DNA from: Lingula anatina
Lineage: Eukaryota; Animalia; Brachiopoda
DNA: 64,000 nt
Reading direction: 5' to 3'
Assembly (NCBI GenBank): GCA_051362555.1
Contig: CM120645.1
Coordinates: forward strand, 7,502,001 to 7,566,000
Shown here: piece after piece, positions 12,976-26,927 of the stretch
Layout: each line of letters starts with the position of its first letter
Position numbering within the stretch: the stretch's first letter is position 1
Notes under the pieces: model-generated
Database searches by the model: none
Seen by the model: the letters and a program-made list of their open reading frames with translations, nothing else
What the model was told of the DNA's origin: nothing
Made by a program: the position numbers and the translations under genes

Positions 12976-14708
12976 TTAATCAAAATTAGGATGACTTACT
13001 TTCAATGTCTTATCACCCTCTCTTATGCATTTCAATGTAAAGCAGTGAAAGAGAAAGCAACGGCTGGCCAAGCCACCTGCTCTATGCATACAATGTTCCA
13101 GTGGTAAAATGCTGTGGCACTTCAAGTGTTTCCGATCACCTGCAAACACCTGTATAAAGTAGCTCCAATCAGGTGGCCCAGTGTGCACTCTATCCACACT
13201 ACCATGACCCTCTGAAATGCCACAGTCTTTTCTCTAAAGGCCATTGCGGTGTATACTTATTGCCGGTAGTCACGCTAACCATCCTAGGGCTATAAAATCC
13301 TGCGGTTTCAAGACAATAAACAATTACATGCGCAATCTTTGTGCAGTGCTTTGTTTCCTTCGAACTTCAGTGATGTCATTTTCCACTTAACTGGTGTATC
13401 CTGACGAGTTAATCTGTGGTACCTTTCGCTCGATGCCGCTCATACGTTTCGCAGATTTCAGTAAGACGGGTGATTAAGCGACATAACGGGCACGCACCTG
13501 TTTTCTATGGAATAAACAGTTGAATTATCGATTTCAGGCATGACTCGCTCTCTTAATAATTCTTTTTCTTTCTCTCGCAGTGAAGTCGCAATGAATCACT
13601 GAGAAAAATTACACTGTTGAGCTACGAAGCCTCTGTGAAGACACTAAGTATATGTTAAATGTGTCATATATCAAACGCAAATGACCGTCTTGGTACCGAT
13701 ACCATTACCATGAATAGCGCATAGTGGGTTCAATAGGTATTCTTCTTGCAAGCACCATCAATGAATGTAGATTATTTTCATGAAGCACATATCGCATCCT
13801 CTAAGATTTCCTTGAAACACTTGGCAGCTCTAAGACTACTTTAGATTATAACGCATTATTTTCCTCTATTACATTACATTTACATGGATTTTGCAGTTGG
13901 TCTGACACGGTCTTTGGCATCATTGGTATATTAGAATTTGTAGGCCTGTTTTTAAAATTGCCAATATTCCAATACCCAATTTATTTACTGAAAAATTTCT
14001 TTATCACTCTTTTCTTTGCCTCACTTCTTTGCTAGTGATACGTACAATCCCAGACCCCCGTTGGTGCCAACCAAGCTTTTGCCCAACAATGCAAGGACGT
14101 TTAAAGGTCAACCTCATTTCCAAGATTTACACAAACTGCATGATTATCCATTTTGTAATTTGCAGCCTATTACTCCTTTGAACCCCCATCTGTTAAATAG
14201 ATACCTGCTAAATTAATGGAGAATCCTTGTTTTCGCCAACTCTAATTTCCTAGATTCCCTTTCTTCAAAGAGCATTGGGTGACCCGATATTGGCATTCCA
14301 AAACGGAACACGTCTTCGCATAGAGCCCCCGTGGAGTCATTAATTCACAAAGGGCAAGCAGATAACTGCAGAAGAAAGCCTTATCCCTAACCTCTTATAC
14401 CTTTTCACATCAATTTCGCATTAATCAAGAAGCATCTAAAGATCGGGGTCAGACCTTTGGGAATATTCATCGCAACATTGACGTCTATAGGGGGGCAATC
14501 GTTTTTGTTTACGCTAAGATTCCCTGGAAACAATTTATTCAGTAATGACGGGCGACTAATGCATCTGTATCAATAAATGGTAATATATTCTTTAGCAATC
14601 CAATGTGTTCAACATTTTCAGACGTGTCTAACAAGCATGCGACTAATGCACATCTGTGAAAGAGCAGCCACGTTAATACTTTTGGGTGTAAGCACAACTC
14701 ATAGATAT

Positions 14709-14755
<47 letters not shown>

Positions 14756-15300
14756 GTTTTTGTATACCAAAAATGTTTCTACAATTAGGCGTTTGTGCTC
14801 TTCTGATTAAGTCCTACGTTTTTGTTAATACTGTTTCTCTACCAAAGTGCAAGGCAAACGGGCTTCGTTAAATCTAAAAGTTAGAATATCACAGATAATG
14901 TTATAAAAATATTGCAAGGGCGTGTAGTACGTGTGACGATCGCAGTAACCATAAGCAAATCAGTTTGATGAAAGCTAAATAGCTCAAAAGAATGATTCCT
15001 TATTCTTTTATTTGTGATTTAGAAATGACCGTTATTTGCTTTTCTGAAATTCACGCAAAAATTGATAAATGAATAAGCGAAATAAAATAAAAAAAGATGT
15101 GAATATAAGAAAGATAAGGAAAATAAAGGAAAGATGCAATTAATGGCAAAATATTTATTTCTGCGCCAACAACAATACACTATAGTTGAAATGGATTCAG
15201 GCGGAACTGGTGGTACGGGCTAAAGAGGTGACAAATGTAAATGTCCCACTGCCTTTGAAATATAAAATGACTGACCCGAACAGAATCGGCCACGACAAAC

Positions 15301-15331
<31 letters not shown>

Positions 15332-18300
15332 TGGTATTTGCGCCCTTTACATAAACAAGGTCAATTTTTTACGCTTGTTATAGGCCTAGGTATAATAACC
15401 TCATATTGTTATATGAATAATGAAAATGAATTGTTGAAATAAGGTCTCGCTTGAATTTATTGTTGAGCCACTGACTTGCAGACTATATTATTTAATAACA
15501 ATATGATGAGTTTTGTTATTCAATAAAATTTTTATGACTTACGTATGTCATTTAAAAATAAGTCAAGTATAAGAGAAAAGAAAGTTAGAAAAAGCTCTTC
15601 ATGCCGACTGGAGAGAGACAGCAAAATATATGTCACAGTGTGTATTGGAAATGATCCAGACATCCCTTAAATTGTATGAGGAGCAGGTTTCCAATGATCT
15701 GTAAGATTATGAATGGTGAAAATTATCTGCCAAGTCGAGTTAACGTGTGTCAACCTGATCAAAATCTGTTTTACAGAATGATTTTCCTCTAGCAATTTGT
15801 CGGTTTTACCTTTTACAAATACTGCTGCCATTCGGTTTTCTTGCATATCTGTTTTTCTTCCAAGCTACTTGTTTTATCAGACTGAACCATCTGCACGCAA
15901 TTTTCTCAAAATTCAAGACGAACTCTGTCCAATATTCTTAATATTTATGCTGCATAATCCAAGGTGCCGATATATATGTTAAGCCAAACGTCGTCATTAT
16001 GATCAAAGGGATGTGAGGAGGGGGGCTTGGGAATAACCTTGTTTGCCTTGATCTAATTTCTTAGAAACCTTAATCCAGTTTACAAAACAAACCCCTTAGA
16101 GACAGTCTCAAGCTACAGTTAGAAATACACGAATAACAACGATAAGTTTGTTTACATTTGGAAAATGTCGATAGAGGGAGGTAACGGTGGACGGAGACAT
16201 CTGTTGTGTACACGTCTATTAAATCATGTAGTCAGCTGAAATTCCTTGAAGATAAAAATTTGGAATAATGGGGATAGCCCGCCAGACAAACAGTATATTA
16301 AGGCATACTCGACATGTTTCCATTGTATATTACACTGGGAAATCTCTATGTCAGCGCGTCTAGCTGTTTCTACTCGTTTTCGTGTTTATATGAATGGAAA
16401 AATACGTAAACGCTATTGTGAAAATATTTATTGTACATGTTTATGATCATGCTATAAAACATCATGGAAAAATAATCATATCATGCTTCCCCTTCCCCTA
16501 AAAAACCGTTACAAAGGTCTTGAAGCTTTCACAGAATATTCGAAACTGATGTCGTAATACTTAAATTACCTGCAATGAAGTGCAACGCATAACAGAAGGA
16601 CAAAAACCGTGGCTTAAGGCTAGAAGGCTGCTTTGAATAACAATAATCAAGGTAAAAATCATCAGCGTTTGAAATCGGATTTCTTTTTGGTTTTCACCAG
16701 ATCGCGCTCAATTTTAGTTCTCTGGCTACATGAAACCACCCCCTATTCATCATGTATATCTCACGTCTCCATTATCAATACTAAAGATTGGTTTCTAGGA
16801 ACTCAGGTGAGCCACGTTCTGTTGATTTCTACACACATGTTAACTATCTGCGTAATCTTCACTCTGGGAACCTGTTTCACAAAAAGTGTCAAGTTTTTGG
16901 ACGGGTAAATTCCTCATGCCGACAACGCAAAAGAAACTTTGCAATATCGACCCAAGAGTGTGTAAGAATGATCGTCCCACAATAAATGTATTTGGCAAAC
17001 CTAAAAGGTCCGCTGTCAACACTGAGAGCAGATACCTTGTCAAAACAAACATAATTTGCTCAAGGCTTCCCTGTCCAACCTCGGTAGTTAACTATCTTGA
17101 TACAGGTTTCAAATGAATCAGGTCACGTCTCTCGATACCCCAAAGTCGAGTCATGGAATGAATGGTGAATTTGAAAAACTTGCGATTAAGCGCGGGTTTT
17201 GATCTTTTGCTTTTTCCAAAATTGTTGCGGCGAGTTATGGCGAGTGTCAGAAAAGGAAGATTATAGGCTGGTTAGCCGGGGGAAATGCCGTTTACCCCTG
17301 TAAAATTCTATAAATAAGAATTTTTGGCGGGAAAACCCTGGCTTATAAGGCTTAAAGTAAAACTACTTCTGACATCATGCAGAAAATGCCCGCTGTCGCA
17401 TCAGTTCCACAACCTGACTCTTACGGAGAAGTGAGTCTCAAAGAACCCTGAATCCTACGGTGCTGCCCGGTGACAGCAGATGAGAGCTAGCTTCCACCAA
17501 GCTCACAATCAACAAGTTTGGCAACAGCGAAATGAAATTTTGATTTGCTTTCACCAGTTTCCCTTAAGGGAGGTTATCAATCTTCGGCACAGCTGAGAGC
17601 GATTAGTTGGTTTTTGATAACTGGCATAACACAAACATCAGAGGTATAAAGTAACCGACATGAGATGCTAGCACGTTGCTATGAGAAAAAGATTTCTATA
17701 CTATACAGCACCGAAAAAAACACACGTCAAACCAAAACAAACGAACTAACAAAAAACAATTGATTTTATTTATTTATTTATTTATTTATTTGTTTCAAAC
17801 ATCAGATTCAAACGACAAAGGTCAAACGCTATCTCTGGTCCATAAGATTCCCAGAAAATAAATTTTACCAAAGATTTATCAGTTGAAAAGACCTACCGTA
17901 CCATACTTTCAATGCAGATGGCAGTTGTTAAACCAAGAAGTGAAACACAAAAGCGTTCAAATACGACTAGAAAAGGTGACTAGAAAACGTGTGTCGTGCT
18001 ACTCGAAACCGGGATTACCTTAAACAAGGACGTCGAATTGACGTTTTTGCCTTTATGCAATAGATGTGAAATTCTATGCGCAGGGAATGATGTTCTAGAA
18101 AACGAAACAGGATATGTATCGTTAAAAACATGGTGAATATTTGCAATTGATGAAAAGGCTGCAATCCAAAACCAACCACAAGAAAAAGACCATAGTTAAA
18201 ATTGCCAGCTTTAAGTCGTTGCCGCACCACAAAATCTAATCTGCCATTGTTTCTGACTCCACTCTTCTCCAAATCCATCATAATAGCGCTTGATTTTACA

Positions 18301-19662
18301 ATGAATCGCTAGACTTTCTCCAAAGATTCCCATTCGTGGTAGGTCCTTATAAAGCAAACGCGTTTTTACATATATAATTAGGGTATTTTTCTGCAATTTT
18401 TTTCCATGAATCATCAATGCATATCCAAAGAAAATCATGAACTCTTTTTTCATCTTTGCTTACGTGACTTGTATCCTTAGGAAGAGATTCGATTCTTCTA
18501 TAAAATCAAACATTGCCAATCATAATTTTTGACAAAAAACAAACTAACTAACAAACAAACAAACTTAAACAAAAAACAATGCAAAAAACAAACAAACAAA
18601 CAAACAAACAAATGACACCGAAGTTGACATTTCTAGGAACTGAAGGGGATGCAGCGATTTACCTCGTGACAAATGGTGTGTCAAAATTGAATTTGAAAAA
18701 TACACTCGGTTTGTAATTGATCTCACCCAAGGCGCCATCTTTCAGGAAACCCAGCCTTCAATTCATATCTAAATCGATTACGTGTCTGTCTTGAAAAAAA
18801 AAAGCCAGTAAGAGAATAATTACACAAGGCAGTATAGACAAATAGACCATTGGTTAGACAAATAAGAAGGAACGGGAGGCATATACTTGTAATGAAAACA
18901 TTGAAAAAGATAAAGGAGAACATATCAGACACAAATTAGAAGAGTGAAGGCTAGATAACGAGCGTCGGAATCTTTAAATCCCCATACGTTGTCACATTGT
19001 GTCATTAAGTAGCAATTTAGGCAACACATTAAGTCAACATAAGACCATTGATTTCTTTCTAATGGCGTAATATCAGTCTCTTCTTACAGTCTGAGAAACC
19101 GATAAAAGACTTGGATTGGACTTGTGCAGAGTCAAGCGTAATGGATCTGAACACGACAAAGTTGAAAATCACATTTATTCTGTATATGACAGAATAAAAA
19201 TCAGTCTTTTCTGCCAAGACTGCATAGTTCGAACAGCTACTGAATCAGATTGAAAATCGATGCGTCTTTACTGAAACTTCGAACTGTTGCCATAGCTTGC
19301 CCTCTATAGTGTGGAGAGAAATGTACTTTTGTCCTCACATCGTTAGGGATGGTTGCTGAAAAAAATGCATCCGTTTGTGCAAGCGGTAAGGGAAGAATTC
19401 ACATACTATCTGTGCACCTGTTTGGATCTGCTTACGTCACAATGTCTCCTATTCCCAGCCCCGTCTCTACAAACAGTTGTGCTAGGGATTCAGTTTTTGG
19501 TACAGAAATGTTGATCTTGATGGCAAATGATAATATAACGCTTTCATCCACTGTGGATGGCGATTGAACACCAAATGCAACGATTTTAGTCTCGTCAGGT
19601 TGAGATGTATTGCTATAGGTGAGACCCCTTTTTAAAGCAGCTGATTGCGTTGAGTTAAACAA
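12976..19662 (-). pseudogene. Decayed LRR-receptor (TLR-like) remnant(s)
   Basis: Minus-strand LRR-like phrases: SLHPLQFLEMS (~18625-18657), IEISQCNIQ (~16322-16348), NIKNIGQSSS*ILRKLR (~15895-15945), LDLADN (15722-15739), NVEHIGLLKNILPFIDTDAL (~14557-14617). LRR-CT-like MTSLKFEGNKALHKDCACNCLL starts at 13379. An LRR-CT/TM/juxtamembrane-like stretch lies at ~18.0-18.45 kb. No long ORF survives. Confidence 0.45.
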
Positions 19663-20432
19663 CTGCAGTCCATTTTATGGTCAAAGTTTGGACATTAGAC
19701 CTACTAAATGAAACTAAGATAGGTGAATAAAAAAAATGTAACCTGCAACTACATGTACATCGTCCAAATAACGATACTAATAGGGCATGTTCAAAGGCAC
19801 AGGAGGTGAAATTTTGTTTAAATAAAGCGAGATTGTGTTCACAATTTTTGTTTGAGTTTGAGTTACGTTGTCTTTTTAAAGATGGATTTGTAGCTTGCGT
19901 GAACTAAAAGATGCACGTATTTATCTTTTTAATTTCATATCTAATTTGACAAACATTTATGTACATTAGATGTCAGTTATATAATTAGATGTCAGTTATA
20001 TAATTAGGTGTCAGTGCAAATTGGATAAAAAAATCACCATCTGTCTGAATTAAAAGAAGACAACAGCAACTTAGAAAAACTTTTGATGGATAGCATAACA
20101 GCTGTTAAGCTCAGAAAAAAAATTCACGTATAACTTAAAAAAAAAACTTAATTAAGTTTGACCACCAGAGTAAATGCCATTAGTTTGCATATTCTGTTAA
20201 CGACGCGTGGCACCTGGATAACGCCAAACTTATACATCCCTGACGAATAAAAAATAGAAAGTAAAAAAAAAAAATAAATAAATTAGGAAAGAAAATCTTC
20301 ATTCAACAACAAAGCCGCTTTAATAGGTCTAGTATGTTTTTATTTCCATTAATCTGGACATACCGTGCGTCTAGGTACAGTATTTATTAAAAAAAAAAAG
20401 CCATTGCGATGGACAGTGCCCAGTATAGGCTT

Positions 20433-21521
20433 CTATTTGGATTTAGGACAGGCCTCTTTGTTGGGAACACACCGGTTGCTGTCTCGCGAGACCCGATATT
20501 GACCGTAAGGACAGCCACATCCGATGACACACTGCATAGTGCATCTCCTTGGAAATCCTTCGGGCTCCCCACAGATGTGCGGACAGGCGGAATAACAATT
20601 GCTCCACTTCAAGTCTCCGGGGCAATCAGGAGGCACCCCTGGGACAAATATGGAATGAAAACGGAAATTTCTATGAACAAATACACAGGTCAATTGAGGT
20701 TATGGAATACATGTAGATACATTAAAATCTGTAGGTAAATTTGGAGAATAAGTGTGAGGAAAATACTGGTAACTAGGTCCAGGGTTCACACACTCAACTT
20801 TAGTGCAGAACTAAGGGGAACATGGATGGAATGTTCTTTTGGCTTTGCCTTTTTCGTTTCGTTATACTTTTTTTTAATCTTTTTTTTTTTGGGGGGGGGG
20901 GGGGGAGGAGGGTAGGCGAGGGGTGACATGTATTTTCAAAGCGATGACGAAGGGTATATAAGAATTCATAAGAAGTGAAAACATATGTGATACCTAGCGT
21001 ATCAGCTACGCACAAAATGTAAATATAAATTATCTTACTCTCATATGCAACTAGATAGCAAGTTTGATCTACATAGCACTAAGAACTTTCAATCTACGAT
21101 TTATCAAGTTGAGAGAAGTCCCTGAAAAGGAAACTGCTAAGCCGAACAAGTTTTTAGGGATCATCTAAGGCTTCATTCCCAATGAAATTATCGTTCTACG
21201 TTGATCGATCCAACTCCGTGGGAACTCTCGCTGAATGCGATCAGATTAACAGATGAACGCGCTTCCTCCTCCTGACGTTGAGTAGATTAAAGGCAAACTG
21301 GTGGTTATACCATGAAATAAGAGTAGGCGTATAAATCTGTTAATCTGATTGCATTCAGCGAGAGTCCCTGTGGAGTTGGATCGATCTACGATGAACGATT
21401 GTTTCGTTGGGGATGGCCCCTAAGCTACCATAGATTTGTAAAACCACTTACATGGTTTCAATGGGACTCTACAGTATACTTCAGCCACGATTACAAGTAA
21501 GAAGACAGCCACAGCCTTCAT
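20433..21521 (-). CDS. Secreted TIL-domain protease inhibitor 1 (subfamily A; loop CTMQC)
   Basis: Exons 21452-21521 (MKAVAVFLLVIVAEVYCRVPLKP, T|gtaag) and 20433-20638 (cag|GG; VPPDCPGDLKWSNCYSACPHICGEPEGFPRRCTMQCVIGCGCPYGQYRVSRDSNRCVPNKEACPKSK*). Ten Cys in TIL spacing; phase-1 intron; non-coding exon 1 at ~21874-21907. Confidence 0.9.
21169..21420. mobile_element. MITE (Tourist/PIF-Harbinger-like) in intron of TIL gene 1
   Basis: ~85-90 bp imperfect terminal inverted repeats (..gatcgatccaactcc..ctctcgctgaatgcgatcagattaacagat / atctgttaatctgattgcattcagcgagag..ggagttggatcgatc..), flanked by TAA at 21166-21168 and 21421-21423. Confidence 0.75.
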
Positions 21522-21873
21522 ATTATTGTTTTTCTTCTAGAGGATAAAAAAATCAACAAATAAAATAAAATAATAGCTAATAGCAATCGTAATATGTTCG
21601 GTTGAGTGTCTAAATAATATTTTTGTTATTTACATATGGAATAAAATTTAGCATAGATTATACACATTTGACATCTGTTAAAAACTTTTGTTAAATACGA
21701 GGAGGGCATTATTTTATTATTTATTTTGTGCGCTAGAGACATGTAACATTTTTTAACACAACATGTTGCTCATTTTCAAGTACCTGCAGTTTCCCTCAAA
21801 CGAAAGATTGGTTGAATCAGGTTTCCACGTTTCATACACACAACGTCTATAAATCTGAAACAACATTTCTTAC

Positions 21874-21937
21874 CTTGTCTGTCCCACGCCAAGTCGAGCA
21901 GCAATATGACTGGGTCTCAAGGTTTATCCCTTTTATA
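21874..21937 (-). promoter_or_regulatory. TATA box + Inr + non-coding exon 1 of TIL gene 1
   Basis: TATAAAA at 21937-21931; Inr-like TCATATT with the A at 21907 (30 nt downstream); donor AAG|gtaag at 21874/21873. The same layout recurs for genes 2-4. Confidence 0.75.
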
Positions 21938-23040
21938 GCGCAAATACTTTCATATTTGGAAATAAGAGTTACATGTTCTGCAATTTTCTTCCAATTTGTT
22001 TTTTTACCATTCGCGCAAAGGTAATAAGGTTTTCGTCATTATTACAGCAATTTCTGTTTTTATTTCCCAAAAAGCAAATTATTGGAGCAGTTTAAATAAC
22101 ATTTGGGCGGTTTTTATCTTATTTGAATCGTCGTAACTATCCACTTATTTAATTGGATGTGCCTGGATGCGTTACCTAAATACTAGACCTTTTCACACCC
22201 AGACAAATTGCACCCTTATCCAACATAAATGTTATAGTTTAAATGTTAAAACCTAATAAAAATAGTCTGGAATTATACACGAAATGGTATATTTAGTATT
22301 AATGGTTATACACGAACAATCCTAGGTCCTACATGTAACGTTTATTTGTCACACAGAAAATAAAATATGCCGAATTGGTAGTAACAAAAACATCTTGAGA
22401 TACATTGTCAGGCTGAAAAGCTCTTTAGAAATTTCTGTTTTTAAATTGGTTAAATGCTATTGTGTATTGTTTGAATTAATACCAAATTTATGAAGCGTTA
22501 TCGATCGATTGATTGTAACACATCACATAGTGTGCACGACGTTTATTTTAACTTTAAACCACTCTATATTATCAGACAAATAGGCCCTATCTGTCACACT
22601 AGAGTTAAAATGCCTTCGGTACGGACATTCTTAATATTATATATTCCAACAGGATATTCCAAGTTAAAGCAATCTGAAAATCTGAGTGCATTTACAATAT
22701 TCATGTCCATACTTGTGGTCGGCCCCGACGTTTTTCTCATACTCAAAACTTTCATGGTACATTCCAAGTGGAGAAATAGGGAATTGTATTCTACTTGTTT
22801 TCTAACTGAACTATGACTGCATTCCACCTAGGGCATTCCAACAGCATTAGAAACTTTTTATTTTCATTCGACGGAGAACCGAAATACTAAAATTCGAACC
22901 GATCACAAAAATAAGCCAGAATGTTTGAAATAAACTCAGATTTTTTAGAATGCACTTCGAATATCCAGGAATATACAAAGAATTTTTATGCTGCCGGCAT
23001 TCTAGCTCATACCGCCTCATCAACTGCTTTCAGGTCAGGA

Positions 23041-23330
23041 CCGACCGGATGGCCTTATGGTTAGAGTGTTAGCCTCCAGAGTGGGATGACGTGGGTTCGA
23101 CCGGCCGTCCGGGGACATGCTAGTCCTTTATAAACGGTACCTGCTGTCTCAGCCCTAAGGGGCTGAAGCAGGGGTCTGGTCTGGTAGTGGAGAAATGGTA
23201 TGTTTGCTATCTCTGAGTGCCTAATACTGCAGCCGGGCTGTATCCTCCCCAGAGAGGCGAGAGCGATAACTTAGTAGTGTGCAACAGGGGCAAAATGACT
23301 AGGCTTTATTTGAATTGGGAATTAGATAAA
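23041..23330 (+). mobile_element. tRNA-derived SINE-like element
   Basis: A-box-like TGGCCTTATGG and B-box-like GGTTCGACC with tRNA-like spacing, followed by a non-tRNA body; no full cloverleaf seen. 3' boundary approximate. Confidence 0.55.
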
Positions 23331-25083
23331 TATATGCATAACTTCAATCCTCGCGGTTGCAGTATCTCAATAAAGTTTATTTATTATTTTTAAATATAAC
23401 TGCTTCTATTTCACTGTTCCGCTTTAATACTCTATCAAAGAGAATCCTCAATTGAGCAATCCTCAATTGATACCTTGTATAGTACCCCTGAATCGAGATG
23501 ACGTCACAATCATTCAGATAATATATGTAGAAGAAAAAAAAAATAGACATTATTTGAAAATATCAAAAAGGTAGAGAAACAATAAATTGTTACTGAATAT
23601 TCTTATTTCTTTTTCACGCATAGAAGTATTATGATTAACAATAATCATCTTTAATTAATGTATTCACGGAACGTACAATGGTCATACGGCGGGACCTAAC
23701 TACTATAGTAGCGTCATTAAGGGTCAACCACTTCGTCGCAAGTAGCTGAGCAACATACGGATTGGGAGATAGTTAACATTTTTAACTGGTCCAGTAATTT
23801 GCTTTTTACCATGATGCTAACAATTATGGTGACGGTTTCCATTAAATGGAAAAAATGAAAACATGTTTGTCTAATAAAAATCACATTTACATGGAAATTG
23901 AATCTTTTGTACAGTTACGAAAAAACCTGTATGGCCGAATTTCCCATTCTTGTGTTTCTCATTTGTGTCAGTTAGTTGAATTCTATGTGCATGTGACATC
24001 GATCTTCATAATCTTCATAATAAAAGGATAAATGGAACAGAATTTTTTAAACTCTACTGGTGGAAGCTGCTCACATATATCTAAACCCTGGTATTTGTCT
24101 GTAGCAGTAAGGTGAACCCAGCCAAAGTCTAAATGTTTTAAAAGAAAAAAAGGGTTAAATATGGAAACATAAATCAATAAAAACGTTTAACTTCCGCCAG
24201 GCTTTAAAAATCCTCCAGATACCTACCGTTTTTGCGCGCTTATTCCATATTTATTATCCAAGAAGCGGTAAATACCCGGCAGACATATTTTAATGAGCAC
24301 GTGCTGAAGATGACTGGGAACAAATTTCATGAAAGATTTTGCAGAGAAAAATATGCACAAAGTAAAACGTGTGGCCTTTGATATTCTCTCTTACGCGGTA
24401 TTTTAAATTAAAAACCACATTTGGTCTATAGTATGTGGGAGCCCGTGTCATCTGTAAGTTTAAGTGGCGTTGAATAAACTATTACATAATGTATATATTT
24501 CACTTAATAGTTTTTTAAAATATGTTTTAAAATATGTATTATATTAGACAAACAGAACTTATTTGTGAAATAAGAGCTTATCACCTAATATACAAAAATC
24601 ATTGCAGACCCCAACTCCCATCTCACCAGTGATATTGTTTATTCTAAAAGCCACCACTCAAGTTCCCGTCTTACATGTCCCTATTTAGAATGTGTCAGTA
24701 CACATGATTATCTTAGATAAGGTCCTCTCCAGTTGAACACATAGGAATCCTCATGTGTAACCCCAAAAGAGCAAGTTTTTTAAAGTTTAAACACCAGCGT
24801 AAAGACAACTAATCCACGTATTCTTTTATTGACAGGTGGTTTCAAAATTACGCCAACAGTTCAAAGTGCGGTTCAAGCTACTGAAAAAATAAATAGAAAG
24901 GAAAGGTTGTACATGTGTATTCTGTACGCTTGGGAAAACTTCGTGTTTATAATCACATCCAACTACAAAGCACCTTGAAAAATATTAGAATGGTTTTTAT
25001 TTCCATTTGTTCATATGCGTGTACATAATCGTATGCACTTTCTGAAAATGGCACCATTGTGATAAAAGTAGCTACTTTTTGGG

Positions 25084-25775
25084 CTAAAGACATTCGATTC
25101 TGCTGTCAACGCATTTGTCGCTGTCCCGAGAGACCCGGATTTTGTCTCCAGGACAACCGCACCCCTCGTTACACATCAGATCGCAAATCCATGGATCTGG
25201 TTCCCCACAGACGAGCGGGCAAGAGGAATAACAGTTACTCCACTCCAAGTCCCCAGAACAATAGTGTTCTCCCCCTATTGTGAGAAATATGAAATGAAAT
25301 GGCACCACAACAAAAATGCATTTAAATAATAGAAAAAAATATAAATTGAAATAAAGATATACGATGAAGACAGTGGGTGACAGATCCACGCTAAAGGGTG
25401 GAGTGGGGGGGACACAGGGACAGAATTGGTCGAAGAAATGCAACTTAATTGCAATATATAGGGTGCAAGTACATGAGCAACCTCCCCCCCCCCAGCCCCC
25501 TTACTCCACAGGAATATTACAGAATTTAGAGTCATTATATTGTTCAGGATAAACACGTATGACAACATAGGATACAAGGGGCATTTAAAATAACAATCAA
25601 GCTCCAGTTGATCAAGTTTGCGGCTGTCCCTTTCTCTTAAATGTTTTGCCAAACAATTTATAAGTTTTTATTTCTGTTTTGTCATATATTTGCAAAACTA
25701 CTTACATTCGTTCGTAAGAGTTCTACAGTTCACTTCAGCCATGAGCACAAGTAAGAAGACTGCCACAACCTTCAT
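25084..25775 (-). CDS. Secreted TIL inhibitor 2 (subfamily A; loop CDLMC)
   Basis: Exons 25706-25775 (MKVVAVFLLVLMAEVNCRTLTNE) and 25084-25274 (W-GEHYCSGDLEWSNCYSSCPLVCGEPDPWICDLMCNEGCGCPGDKIRVSRDSDKCVDSRIECL*). Exon-1 donor at 26035/26034; TATAAAA starts at 26103. Confidence 0.9.
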
Positions 25776-26529
25776 CGTGTTGTTCTCTTCTGAAAAATAG
25801 AAATAAACAAATACAAATGGAAATAACGTTTATATCCACTTTTCAACCAGTAGAACGAATCATGTTGAAACCGTGAATGTGAACATTTGTCTGAAGTATA
25901 AATTCTTCTGAATATAGGTCCAGACGAGTGTGGAAATAAAATACAATAAGAATTAAAATAAATACAAATACGTGTCTTAAAAGAGATTTCTCTATGCTCT
26001 GGTGCCAATGCAAATATTAAATAACAATCCTTACCTTGTTTATCCTTAGGCACAGTAAGTTGTGCATCAAGATAGCCGTGTAACAAAGGCCATTCTTTTT
26101 ATAGCGCACAACCTTCCCATTTTGAAATGAGAGTAGCTCTCTTTGATTGTAATTGTCTCCTAATTTGTTTTTTATTATAAAGGAAATAAAAATAACGACA
26201 TACTAATATTTACATTGTGTGTAGTTATCATCTTCAAAGGCGGATATATGTCAGAATGGGTTTTCCAATGGACATATAATATGAGCAGTGTTTATAATGA
26301 TCATTAATCATGATATATTTCATGCACATGACTGCGCTATATATCATCATTTGGACGGTGTGTTTAATATTACATAATCGTTTCTGGATGCGCTTTCATA
26401 ATTTGGCTTTTTTTTCACCAAACAGATTACAGGTACACTTAAATGAACACCGATTTTTGAGTTAGGAACTATCCCATCGCAACAGGCAAAATATATTGAA
26501 CCTAGGTTGTGACATATACTTTGCATATG

Positions 26530-26927
26530 TGGTTCGTCCGTCGGGATCGACGAGGACCATGTAGTCATCCCACGAGTTACTGATTTGTGTTCTGAGTATG
26601 CGCTGGTAAGGCCAATCTTTGCTCGAAAGGATTTGCTGCAGTATGGGCAGGGAATGGTGGCTGCTGTCAAGGGCTTGCTGGTACTGCTTTTATTTTTCTG
26701 ACCTGTCTTTGTTTTTCTGCCTTCGGTTGGTTTCATAGGCTTTGGCGCCATACTGACCATCTGAACGCCACTTTAGTCTGTTCACTGCAGACATCTCTCA
26801 GGTGTTATGGCTGATGTTGAACGCCTTTAGCGACAGGATTTCAGGGTGTCTTGGAAGCGTTTCTTTTGACCACCAAGGGTGCGCTTTCCGTGTTGAAATT
26901 CACCATACAGCAGTATCTTGGGAAGCG
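26530..26927 (-). mobile_element. 5'-truncated RTE-clade LINE, 3' end
   Basis: Minus strand encodes LPKILLYGEFQHGKRTLGGQKKRFQDTLK and CPYCSKSFRAKIGL, characteristic of RTE ORF C-termini; frameshifted. Confidence 0.8.

Noticed and set aside
23045-23115. Possible tRNA gene
   Set aside because: A and B boxes are present but there is no convincing acceptor stem or cloverleaf; better explained as a SINE head.
26347-26760. 137-aa ORF with CxxC as a host zinc-finger gene
   Set aside because: It is the frameshifted C-terminus of an RTE LINE running into flanking DNA.
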